Source: Acidobacteriota bacterium
GTDB lineage: Bacteria; Acidobacteriota; UBA6911; RPQK01; JADFOI01
Assembly: GCA_963663035.1 (NCBI GenBank)
Contig: OY760074.1
Span: 1,600,001-1,664,000, forward strand
DNA: 64,000 nucleotides
Reading direction: 5' to 3'
This document shows, one piece after another, positions 10,994 through 19,484 of this stretch (position 1 is the stretch's first letter; each line of letters begins with the position of its first letter). The notes beneath the pieces were generated by a model, which was not told where the DNA came from, made no database searches, and worked only from the letters and a program-made list of their open reading frames with translations. Made by a program: the position numbers and the translations under genes.

Positions 10994-11791
10994 TCAAAGC
11001 CCAATCACGTCTCTGCTGCGGGAGGTCCAGAACACCACCCGGCGCTCGATGAACTGCATGGCGAGATAAAAAGCAATCCCAATCACCGAAAGAACGATAA
11101 ACACGGAGAACACTCCCTGCATGTCCATGTTGAAATTCATTTGCAGAATCAGGATTCCGAGACCATGCCTTCCGCCGATAAACTCTCCCACAATCGCCCC
11201 GATCAGGCTGTAGACGATGGCCATACTGAGACCTGCGAAAATAAAGGGAAGAGCACTTGGAAATCGTACCTTGCGGAAGATCTGCCAAGGGGTGGCTTTG
11301 AAGGAGCGCATCATCTCCAGACGATCAGGGTCCACAGACTCAAATCCTGCGATGGAATTGACCAGGAGCGGAAAAAAGGTGAGCATGGCCACAATCACGA
11401 CCTTGGAAGTCATTCCCACGCCGAACCAAACAATTAAAAGAGGTGCCAGGGCGACTTTGGGGAGACTCTGAAAGGCTACGATATAGGGCAAAAACACCTT
11501 TCCCACAAATCGGCTCTGCGCAATCAAGGTACCCAGAATCATTCCCGAACCGCTCCCGAGGAGAAATCCCAAGAGAGCCTCACTGACCGTATAGTAGGTG
11601 TGAAGATAAAAGCCCACACGGCTTGTCAGGCTCTGGGCAAGGCCCCTCTGGAGGGACACCAGCACTCCACTGGGCGGCGGCAGGAGAAAGAAGGGGACCT
11701 CGAGATATTTCACAGTCACCTCCCAAATCACAAGGAGCACCACCAGAAGCCCGATGCTGTAGACCCACTCTCTTGTCAACAGTCGTTTCAT
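10994..11791 (-). CDS. NitT/TauT ABC permease
   Basis: LPPPS, QSLPKVALAPL, PSALPFIFAGL, AIVGEF. Confidence 0.92.
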   Translation of the reverse strand: MKRLLTREWVYSIGLLVVLLVIWEVTVKYLEVPFFLLPPPSGVLVSLQRGLAQSLTSRVGFYLHTYYTVSEALLGFLLGSGSGMILGTLIAQSRFVGKVFLPYIVAFQSLPKVALAPLLIVWFGVGMTSKVVIVAMLTFFPLLVNSIAGFESVDPDRLEMMRSFKATPWQIFRKVRFPSALPFIFAGLSMAIVYSLIGAIVGEFIGGRHGLGILILQMNFNMDMQGVFSVFIVLSVIGIAFYLAMQFIERRVVFWTSRSRDVIGL

Positions 11792-11802
11792 TCGATCCCT
11801 CC

Positions 11803-12017
11803 TAGCCGGGACTATGAATAAGTTTTCGTGACGAAGTGCCGCAGGCGCCGCGATGACAAGGCGTGCGAGGGGTACCCGCTTGCGGGTCGTGCCCCGCAGG
11901 CGTACTCTTGCAGTACGCCGAGGAGCCTAAGGGGTACCTGCTTTGCGGGTCGCACAACGCAGTCAGCGTGGATGTTTGCGGCACTGCAGTAGAAAACCTA
12001 TGCATAATCCCGGCTTA
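11803..12017. mobile_element. MITE-like palindromic element, family A
   Basis: TAGCCGGGACTATGAATAAG...CCTATGCATAATCCCGGCTTA; near-identical to the 31680 copy; lies between the ATPase stop and the permease SD. Confidence 0.88.
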
Positions 12018-12782
12018 ATCCTCCTTGATGCCAAGCAAGGAGCGGATCCGCTTGGACAGTTTCCCGAATGCCTCGGTCTGCATCAGGTCGAGACGACGAG
12101 GCCTTGGCAAGTCGACTTGAACAGTGTCCGCCAGCCGACCCGGACGGGGCGTTAGAGCCACCACCCGGTCGGACAGAAAGATCGCTTCCGAGATACTGTG
12201 AGTGACAAAGAGAACCGTCTTACCACTCTTGCTCCAGATGCGGAGCAGTTCCAGATTCATGGACTCACGCGTCATTGCGTCCAGGGCTCCAAAGGGTTCA
12301 TCCATCAGGAGCACATCGGGCTCGTAGACCAGTGCCCGGGTGATGGAGACCCGCTGCTGCATACCTCCGGAAAGCTCAAAGGGGTATCGATCAGCAAAGC
12401 CTGTGAGGCCCACCATATCCAAAATTTCATGGGCGCGCTCTCGGTACTGGTCAAGGGGCAAGCCCATCACCTCGATGGGGAGCATGGTGTTCTCAAGCAC
12501 CGTCCTCCAGGGAAGAAGGACCGGCTGCTGGAAGACAAATCCGATGTCCCTTCGAGGACCCTCAACTGACGATCCACCGATGAGGACTTCACCACCGCTC
12601 CTGGGGATGAGACCCGCCACGATTTTCAGCAGTGTGGTTTTACCGCAGCCACTGGTTCCCACAATAGAGACAAATTCGCCCTTGGCGATATCGAAAGAGA
12701 CATCCTGGAGCGCCAACAGATCTTCATCCTGCAGGGTTCTATACGACTTCGTGACCTGTCGCAGCTCTATAAAGGAAGGCAT
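12015..12782 (-). CDS. NitT/TauT ABC ATP-binding protein
   Basis: GTSGCGKT, LSGGMQQR, LLMDEPFGALD. Confidence 0.95.
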   Translation of the reverse strand: MPSFIELRQVTKSYRTLQDEDLLALQDVSFDIAKGEFVSIVGTSGCGKTTLLKIVAGLIPRSGGEVLIGGSSVEGPRRDIGFVFQQPVLLPWRTVLENTMLPIEVMGLPLDQYRERAHEILDMVGLTGFADRYPFELSGGMQQRVSITRALVYEPDVLLMDEPFGALDAMTRESMNLELLRIWSKSGKTVLFVTHSISEAIFLSDRVVALTPRPGRLADTVQVDLPRPRRLDLMQTEAFGKLSKRIRSLLGIKED

Positions 12783-12830
12783 GTATTTTGAGAGTAGCGC
12801 GCTTCGCTCCCAGAAAAAAGGGAAAAAAGA

Positions 12831-12922
12831 AGGAGGCAGGAGTCAGGAGACAGGAGTCAGAAGATCTTTTCAATCTGAGATACGCGCGAAGCGCACCTCC
12901 TACCTCCTGCCTCCTGCCTCCT
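12831..12922. repeat. Inverted arrays of CAGGAG[G/T/A] heptamers
   Basis: aggaggcaggagtcaggagacaggagtcagaag ... ctcctacctcctgcctcctgcctcct in the divergent intergenic region. Confidence 0.7.
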
Positions 12923-12967
12923 TCTTTCCCCATGTTATACTTCCACCGGCGCAGACGGAGGGAGACC

Positions 12968-13228
12968 ATGAGCGCGGTTCAAATAGATTTTTTTACAAGG
13001 CCCGGTTGCCATCTTTGTCACGAGGCCCTGGACGTTCTGAAAAGGCTCCAGAAAGACTTTGACTTCGAGATCCGAAGTGTCAACATCTCTGAATCGGCCG
13101 AGTTCGCTGCACTCTACCAAGACAGCATCCCCGTCGCCACCCTAAATGGGAGAGCCATCCTCAAACACCGAGCTGACGAAAAAATGCTGCGGCGAATCCT
13201 CAGCCGCCAGATGGTAGCCGCAGAATGA
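12968..13228 (+). CDS. Glutaredoxin-like protein (DUF836-type)
   Basis: FFTRPGCHLC CxxC, IPV cis-Pro; ATG 12968 after GGAG; stop overlaps the next start. Confidence 0.85.
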   Translation: MSAVQIDFFTRPGCHLCHEALDVLKRLQKDFDFEIRSVNISESAEFAALYQDSIPVATLNGRAILKHRADEKMLRRILSRQMVAAE

Positions 13229-13629
13229 AGTGGCTCAAGCACGCTTTTGCCACGGATCCGCCGGGACCGGCCAAACCGGACGAGACACAGCGCGTCCTCC
13301 TCGAGAAGCTGTGCCGGGAGGTGGTTCGTCGCCACCTGACCACGCCCGTGCTGTTGATGCTGGAAACGAGTCGGCCATTGAACTATGTTTCGGCTCAGCT
13401 CCTGCACTATCTCCAGCCGATCGTCTCGATTCTTGCCGACACGGCCAACTATCAGAAACTCACTGCATTTTTGGAACAACGCGGATCGATCGATTACGTC
13501 TATCAGCGACTGGAAGCCATCGAGACCGAATACCGTGGTCAAACAAAGCAAGGCGATGAGCCTGCGACCGAAGGCGACCCGCCAGCAGGCACCCCAAGTA
13601 CCGCAGGTACCACAAATACCCGGAAATGA
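13225..13629 (+). CDS. Hypothetical protein (operon member)
   Basis: ATGA overlaps at both ends; LLMLETSRPLNYVSAQ core. Confidence 0.75.
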   Translation: MKWLKHAFATDPPGPAKPDETQRVLLEKLCREVVRRHLTTPVLLMLETSRPLNYVSAQLLHYLQPIVSILADTANYQKLTAFLEQRGSIDYVYQRLEAIETEYRGQTKQGDEPATEGDPPAGTPSTAGTTNTRK

Positions 13630-15455
13630 AAGAGATCGACCCTGACAAGATTCGCGTGATCCTGGCCACCGACTGCGGCAGTACCACAACCAAGGCGATC
13701 CTCATCCAAAAGATCGACGGCGTTTACCGCCAGACCCACCGGGGCGAAGCTCCAACCACCGTTGAAGCGCCCTTCGCGGACGTCACCATGGGCGTGGTCA
13801 ATGCTGTCACTGAAACTCAGGAACTCGCCGACCGGCGGCTGGTCGACGAGGACGGCAGAATCATCCAACCGGCGGAGGAGGAAGGCTGCGACCTCTACAT
13901 TTCCACTTCGAGCGCGGGTGGCGGGTTGCAGATGATGGTCGCAGGCGTGATTCGCGAAATGACCGCAGAGAGTGCAAAGCGCGCCGCCCTGGGCGCGGGC
14001 GCGATCGTGATGGACGTCATAGCTTCCAATGACAAACGCCGGCCTCACGAGCAGATCCAGCGCATCCGTGAGCTGCGCCCGGACATGATCCTGATCTCGG
14101 GAGGGATCGACGGAGGCACGACCACCCACGTGGTCCAGATCGCCGAGCTGATTCCTCCAGCCAATCCGCGGCCCAGATTCGGCAGCGAGTACAGGCTTCC
14201 CATCATCTACGCCGGCAATAAAGATGCTGCAGCGCTCGTTGAGGAGATCATCAGCGCCGGCTTTGACCTGACCATTGTGGATAACCTGCGGCCGGTCTTG
14301 GAGCGCGAAAACCTGGGTCCGGCGCGTGATGCCATTCACGATCTGTTCCTGGAGCACGTCATGGCGCATGCACCCGGCTATGACAAGCTCATGCAAACAA
14401 CTGATGCGCCCATCATGCCGACACCCGGTGCCGTCGGCAATATCCTGCAAACCATCGCCAGCCAAAAAGGAATCAATGTCGTTGGCGTGGATATCGGTGG
14501 CGCGACCACCGACGTATTCAGCGTCTTTGACGGCACCTTCAATCGGACAGTCAGCGCAAACCTGGGCATGAGCTACTCCATCTCCAACGTGTGTGCGGAG
14601 GCCGGCATGCCCAGCATCTTGCGCTGGATTCACTTCGATATGGATGAGCGCGAGTTGCGCAACCGCGTCAAGAACAAAATGATCCGACCGACCACGATCC
14701 CGCAGACACTGGAGGCTCTTGTCTTCGAGCAGGCGGTGGCCCGCGAAGCATTGCGGCTGGCCTACCAACAGCACCAAGCCTTCGCCACTACTCTCAAGGG
14801 CGTGCAGCGGCAGCGTACTGTGGGCGACACCTTCACCCAGGAGAGTTCCGGCCAGACCATCGTCGACAACATGAAGCTCGACCTGCTGGTCGCGTCCGGT
14901 GGGGTACTTTCACACGCTCCCGACATGCGCCAGACGGCGATGATGCTGATTGACGCCTTTCAGCCGGAAGGATTTACCGAGCTGGCCAAAGACTCCATTT
15001 TCATGATGCCCCATCTGGGAGTGCTGGCAGCGGTGCACCCTCAGGCATCACTGGAGGTCTTTGAGCGCGACTGTCTGGTCAATCTGGGTACCACGGTCGC
15101 CGCAAAGGGTCTGGCCAAGCTCGGCCGGCCCTGCTTTCGATACTCGATCCGTTCAGCGGCGCTCAACGAATCTGGCCAGCTGAACTTCGGAGAAGTTCGT
15201 CTCTTTTCCCTGGGCCCGGACGAGACGGCCTCGGTGAGCATCCAACCCGAGCGGAGCTTCGACTGTGGTGGCGGAGCTGGTAAGGACATCGAACGCGAAG
15301 TACGCGGGGGAACGGTCGGGCTGATCCTGGATGCCCGCGGGCGGCCACTGGTCATTCCGGACAAGCCTGAGGAGGGACGAGAGTTGCTTGAAAAATGGGT
15401 CTCGGCCCTGGAACTATATCCTGAAATCCAGAGGGCTCCACTGCAGAAGGAATAG
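13626..15455 (+). CDS. GlmL/MutL-like (glutamate mutase L family) ASKHA ATPase
   Basis: Two phosphate loops ILATDCGSTTTK and VGVDIGGATTDV; SSAGGGL, GGIDGG, IMPTPGAV, GLILDARGRP. Confidence 0.85.
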   Translation: MKEIDPDKIRVILATDCGSTTTKAILIQKIDGVYRQTHRGEAPTTVEAPFADVTMGVVNAVTETQELADRRLVDEDGRIIQPAEEEGCDLYISTSSAGGGLQMMVAGVIREMTAESAKRAALGAGAIVMDVIASNDKRRPHEQIQRIRELRPDMILISGGIDGGTTTHVVQIAELIPPANPRPRFGSEYRLPIIYAGNKDAAALVEEIISAGFDLTIVDNLRPVLERENLGPARDAIHDLFLEHVMAHAPGYDKLMQTTDAPIMPTPGAVGNILQTIASQKGINVVGVDIGGATTDVFSVFDGTFNRTVSANLGMSYSISNVCAEAGMPSILRWIHFDMDERELRNRVKNKMIRPTTIPQTLEALVFEQAVAREALRLAYQQHQAFATTLKGVQRQRTVGDTFTQESSGQTIVDNMKLDLLVASGGVLSHAPDMRQTAMMLIDAFQPEGFTELAKDSIFMMPHLGVLAAVHPQASLEVFERDCLVNLGTTVAAKGLAKLGRPCFRYSIRSAALNESGQLNFGEVRLFSLGPDETASVSIQPERSFDCGGGAGKDIEREVRGGTVGLILDARGRPLVIPDKPEEGRELLEKWVSALELYPEIQRAPLQKE

Positions 15456-15500
15456 CGTTCGATGAATCTCAATTCGTCTGATTGGACTGGTTAAGGATTG

Positions 15501-16628
15501 ATGGCAAAAGCGTACACACCTGGACTCAAGGTTTCAGCTCATGGGCGGCATCGTGCCCGCCGGATTCTCCCCATCAAGGGAGAAGTTCGAGTGGAGGTTG
15601 GAGAACATCTCCTCCCACAGCAAGTGGTCGCCGAGACCTTCATGCCCGGCGAGGTCACACCGCTGAACATGGCCAACCTTCTTTCCCTACCGCCCGCTGA
15701 CGTTCCCGAGTGCATGCTCAAGAAGGAAGGCGACCGCATTTCAGTGGGTGACGCCTTGGCCCGCACCAAAGGCATCTTCGGTAGGTTCCGCAGTGAATAC
15801 CTCTCCAAAGTCGAGGGAACTATAGAGTCGATCTCCTCGGTGACCGGACAGGTCATTGTGCGGGGTGAACCGATGCCCCTGCAGGTCCATGCATACCTGG
15901 CCGGCAGCGTCGTCGAGGTTCTGCCCGGAGAGGGTTGCGTGATTGAAGCGAGCGCCTCTTTCATTCAGGGCATATTCGGGATCGGCGGGGAGACCTTCGG
16001 TCCGATCCGCCTGGCGGTAGCGAGCCACGATCAGGCTCTGACCGACGACCTGATCGGGCCGGACATGAAGGACGCGGTGGTCGTCGGCGGTGCGCGCTTG
16101 ACCGAGCAGGCCCTGGAGAAAGCTCGTACTGTCGGCGTCTCCGCCGTCGTCTCCGGTGGTATCGACGACCAGGACCTCAAAAAGTTCCTCGGTTACGACC
16201 TGGGCGTGGCCATTACCGGCTCGGAAGATGTTGGCCTCACCTTGATCGTCACCGAGGGCTTCGGAGATATTGCCATGGCCGAGCGTACCTTTAACCTTCT
16301 GGCGTCGCGCCAAGGCGCCGACGCGGCGGTCAACGGTACAACCCAGATTCGAGCGGGTGTCCTGAGGCCTGAGATCGTCATCCCCTGGACGGACGGGGAG
16401 AAGGCAGACGAGACTGTCTCGACGGAGTCGGCAGGATATCTGGAGATCGGCGTTCAGGTGCGAGTCATTCGCGATCCCTACTTCGGAAAAATCGGCTCGG
16501 TAAGCGCGTTGCCGCCTGAACCGCAAGTGCTGGAATCGGGCTCCAAGGCCAGGGTGCTCGAGGTTCAGTTCGATTCCGGTGAAGATGTTATAATCCCGCG
16601 AGCCAACGTTGAACTAATCGAAGGATGA
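15501..16628 (+). CDS. Conserved hypothetical protein with barrel-sandwich-hybrid-like repeats and a C-terminal KOW/SH3-like domain
   Basis: VRVEVGEHL and LKKEGDRISVGDALA repeats; TEGFG; VRVIRDPYFGKIG...VIIPRANVE. Confidence 0.8.
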   Translation: MAKAYTPGLKVSAHGRHRARRILPIKGEVRVEVGEHLLPQQVVAETFMPGEVTPLNMANLLSLPPADVPECMLKKEGDRISVGDALARTKGIFGRFRSEYLSKVEGTIESISSVTGQVIVRGEPMPLQVHAYLAGSVVEVLPGEGCVIEASASFIQGIFGIGGETFGPIRLAVASHDQALTDDLIGPDMKDAVVVGGARLTEQALEKARTVGVSAVVSGGIDDQDLKKFLGYDLGVAITGSEDVGLTLIVTEGFGDIAMAERTFNLLASRQGADAAVNGTTQIRAGVLRPEIVIPWTDGEKADETVSTESAGYLEIGVQVRVIRDPYFGKIGSVSALPPEPQVLESGSKARVLEVQFDSGEDVIIPRANVELIEG

Positions 16629-16632
16629 GTCC

Positions 16633-17811
16633 ATGAGAGGGCACTTCACCTTAGCTGTCGTGTGTGGGTTGGGGGTACTGGTGCTCCCGGCCGCGGGACA
16701 GACTCCGGCACCAGCGGCACCCACTGAGCTGACTGCGGCGGATCGGCCCTGGGACAACGGGACCCGCATCGATCTGAGTTGGTCCCTCTCGAGCGACGAC
16801 GCGGCGCTCCAGGGGTACATCATCCGCAGGAGGGCCGGGGAAGATCCCGAGTTCGCCCGTGTGGACCTGGTAGGACCTGGTACCAGCCAGTTCACTGTCA
16901 CAGATCTCAGTCCGGAGGAAACCTATCTCTTCCAGGTCGCCGCCATTGCCCAGGACAACACCGAGTCCTTACCTGCCCTCACCAACGCGCCCATTACCCC
17001 CTCGATGGAATGGTTTGACGGCACACGGGTGTGGTTTCTGCTCACGCTGGTGATCTTCTGCGGGGCGGTAGTGGTGTTCATCGGGAGGGCGCGAAAGGGT
17101 GCCACACTGAAGCTCCGCAAGATCGCGGGTCTGGAGGCAGTCGACGAAGCCGTGGGACGGGCCACCGAAATGGGCCGCTCCTGTCTCTTCATTCCCGGCA
17201 TCGCCGACATAAATGACATTCAGACCATCGCAGCCATGAACATCCTGGGGAGAGTGGCCAGGACTGCAACCGAGTACGATGCCAAGCTGGAGGTACCGAC
17301 CAGCAAGTCCCTGGTCATGACCATGGCTCGTGAAACCGTGCAGACGGCGTTTCTTTCAGCCGGCCGGCCCGACGCCTTCAATCCCGATGCGATTTACTAC
17401 GTGACCGATGAGCAGTTCGGTTACGTGGCCTACCTCCAGGGCATGATGGTTCGCGAAAAGCCGGCGGCTTGCTTCTACATGGGCTCTTTCTACGCCGAAT
17501 CGCTGATTCTCGCCGAGATGGGGAACGCCGTGGGCGCGATCCAGATTGCCGGGACCGCTCAGCCGGCCCAGCTGCCGTTTTTCGTGGCGGCCTGCGATTA
17601 CACGCTGATCGGCGAAGAGTTCTTTGCCGCCTCGGCCTATCTGTCCGGTGAGCCGGACCAACTGGGCAGCCTGAAAGGCCAGGACGTGGGCAAGCTCATT
17701 GTAGCGGCGGGCATCGTGGGCGGCGTCCTTGCCTCCACGCTGGCCGTAGTGACCGGTTCGTCCCTGATTCAGTCACTGGTGGATTTCTTCATGGAGACGA
17801 TGCTGAGCTAA
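16633..17811 (+). CDS. Fibronectin type III + DUF6754-like membrane protein
   Basis: Signal peptide, FN3 (APTELTA...LSW...YLFQVAA), TM, then IAGLEAVDEAVGRATEMGR and ACDYTLIGEEFFAASAYL. Confidence 0.8.
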   Translation: MRGHFTLAVVCGLGVLVLPAAGQTPAPAAPTELTAADRPWDNGTRIDLSWSLSSDDAALQGYIIRRRAGEDPEFARVDLVGPGTSQFTVTDLSPEETYLFQVAAIAQDNTESLPALTNAPITPSMEWFDGTRVWFLLTLVIFCGAVVVFIGRARKGATLKLRKIAGLEAVDEAVGRATEMGRSCLFIPGIADINDIQTIAAMNILGRVARTATEYDAKLEVPTSKSLVMTMARETVQTAFLSAGRPDAFNPDAIYYVTDEQFGYVAYLQGMMVREKPAACFYMGSFYAESLILAEMGNAVGAIQIAGTAQPAQLPFFVAACDYTLIGEEFFAASAYLSGEPDQLGSLKGQDVGKLIVAAGIVGGVLASTLAVVTGSSLIQSLVDFFMETMLS

Positions 17812-17815
17812 CTAA

Positions 17816-18514
17816 ATGAAGCGGTCTGTTCCACTCCTGATCACAGCCTTGGGCGGATTCGTCCTCATCGCCGCTTACTTTATCCCGTATACGCAGAGCT
17901 GGGGCGAGAGTGTCGCCGTCTGGTTCGATATTCTGGCGTCGATCGCGTTCATCCTGGGCGGCGGCAACCTGCTGAAGCTGCACCTGAAGAAGGTGTACGA
18001 TCAGGTTCCCGGCTGGGGCTATTCCCTGATCGTACTAGTTGCCTTTCTGTTAACACTCACGGTCGGCCTGGGCAAGATGGGCGTGCAGCCGTCGGCGCAG
18101 TTTACGGACTTCGCCTGGTCGGGCCATTACCGGGAAATCGGCAGTCCCTTCTGGTTTCTCTACCAGTACGGGTTCCAACCGCTGACCGCAACAATGTTCG
18201 CCCTGCTGGCCTTCTACATTGCATCGGCTGCCTTCAGGGCCTTTCGTGCCAAGAACCTGGAAGCCGTCCTGTTGCTGGGCACAGCCTTCATCATACTGCT
18301 GGGAAGGACCTTTGCAGGGGTTGCCCTGACAGGTTGGATCCCTCCCGACAGCGCTTTCAGCGGGCTGCGCGTGGAAAACCTGACCGTCTATATCATGAGC
18401 GTGTTCAACACCATAGGAAACCGGGCGATCATGATCGGAATCGCCCTGGGCATTGTCTCGGTCTCGCTGAAGGTACTGCTGGGCGTGGACCGTTCCTACT
18501 TGGGCAAGGAGTAG
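17816..18514 (+). CDS. Polytopic membrane protein (operon member)
   Basis: About 6 hydrophobic segments; PLTATMFALLAFYIASAAFRAFR. Confidence 0.8.
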   Translation: MKRSVPLLITALGGFVLIAAYFIPYTQSWGESVAVWFDILASIAFILGGGNLLKLHLKKVYDQVPGWGYSLIVLVAFLLTLTVGLGKMGVQPSAQFTDFAWSGHYREIGSPFWFLYQYGFQPLTATMFALLAFYIASAAFRAFRAKNLEAVLLLGTAFIILLGRTFAGVALTGWIPPDSAFSGLRVENLTVYIMSVFNTIGNRAIMIGIALGIVSVSLKVLLGVDRSYLGKE

Positions 18515-18518
18515 CAAG

Positions 18519-19484
18519 ATGGGCGACTTCCTCATACAGCAGTGGTGGCTACCGATCGTGATTGTTGGCTCCCTGCTGCCCCTCATCAAGCAGATAGCCG
18601 GCCAGGGCCTCGGCGCCACCCTCCAGTCACTGGATCGCCGCTGGATCTTTCTGCTCATGCTGTGGGCCGTTCTGGTGCCTATCTACTTCATTGGCCTCAC
18701 CGGCCTAACCTTCCCCGAAGTCCCGGGCGAACTGGCCCAGGCCACCTTCAACGAGATTGAGAGGCTCCAGGAAGGCGATCCCATCCTGCTGTCGTTTGAC
18801 TTCGACCCGGCCAGCGAAGGCGAGCTGGGTCCGATGGCGACCGCCTTTGTGAAGCACGCTGCCTCCAAAAAGCTCAAGATGTACTTCATGGCACTTTGGC
18901 CAGTCGGTCCACAAATGATCGACGATGCGATCAACGACGTCATCCGCTCCGACTACCCGGAAATGGTCTACGGTGAGGACTATGTCAACCTCGGCTTCAA
19001 GTCGGGCGGAGAAGGCGTCATCAAGGTCATCGTCACCAACCTGCGGGAGCTGTACACGACAGACAGTCGGGGCACGGCCGTTCAGAACATTCCGATGATG
19101 ACCGGTATCGAAAACATCCAGCAGATGGAGCTGATCATCAACGTCTCTGCAGGCTACCCCGGAACCAAAGAGTGGGTGCAGTACGCCTCGACGCCCTACC
19201 CGGATCGTATCCGGCTGGTGGCGGGGGCTACCGGGGTGCAGGCGCCGCTACTCTATCCCTACATTCCCAGCCAGCTGCCAGGGCTGCTGGGAGCCATCAA
19301 GGGTGCTGCCGAATACGAGAAGCTGGTGGTCGACAAGTACGGTGGCCCGAACCCCGATCCCAAATACCTGGAGGGCCTTCGCCGCATGGGTCCGCAGCTG
19401 GTCGCCCACCTGCTCATCATCATCCTGATCGTGGTGGCGAATGTCCTCTACTTCGTCGGCCTCAAGCAAGAGGCGCGCCCATGA
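18519..19484 (+). CDS. Membrane-anchored protein with a soluble alpha/beta domain (operon member)
   Basis: N- and C-terminal TMs; DFDPASEGEL, YGEDYVNLGF, GLLGAIKGAAEYE. Confidence 0.8.
   Translation: MGDFLIQQWWLPIVIVGSLLPLIKQIAGQGLGATLQSLDRRWIFLLMLWAVLVPIYFIGLTGLTFPEVPGELAQATFNEIERLQEGDPILLSFDFDPASEGELGPMATAFVKHAASKKLKMYFMALWPVGPQMIDDAINDVIRSDYPEMVYGEDYVNLGFKSGGEGVIKVIVTNLRELYTTDSRGTAVQNIPMMTGIENIQQMELIINVSAGYPGTKEWVQYASTPYPDRIRLVAGATGVQAPLLYPYIPSQLPGLLGAIKGAAEYEKLVVDKYGGPNPDPKYLEGLRRMGPQLVAHLLIIILIVVANVLYFVGLKQEARP

Noticed and set aside
11803-12017. Repeats as a possible CRISPR array or integron attC sites
   Set aside because: Copies are dispersed with no repeat-spacer periodicity, no cas or intI gene, and no RYYYAAC/GTTRRRY ends.
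13539-14777. Long antisense ORFs (also 22750-23871, 57880-58965, 59250-60320)
   Set aside because: Expected shadows of GC-rich genes on the opposite strand.
13626-15455. DNA mismatch repair MutL or hydantoinase
   Set aside because: No GHKL motifs and no hydantoinase B partner; the motifs fit the GlmL family, which shares only the name MutL.
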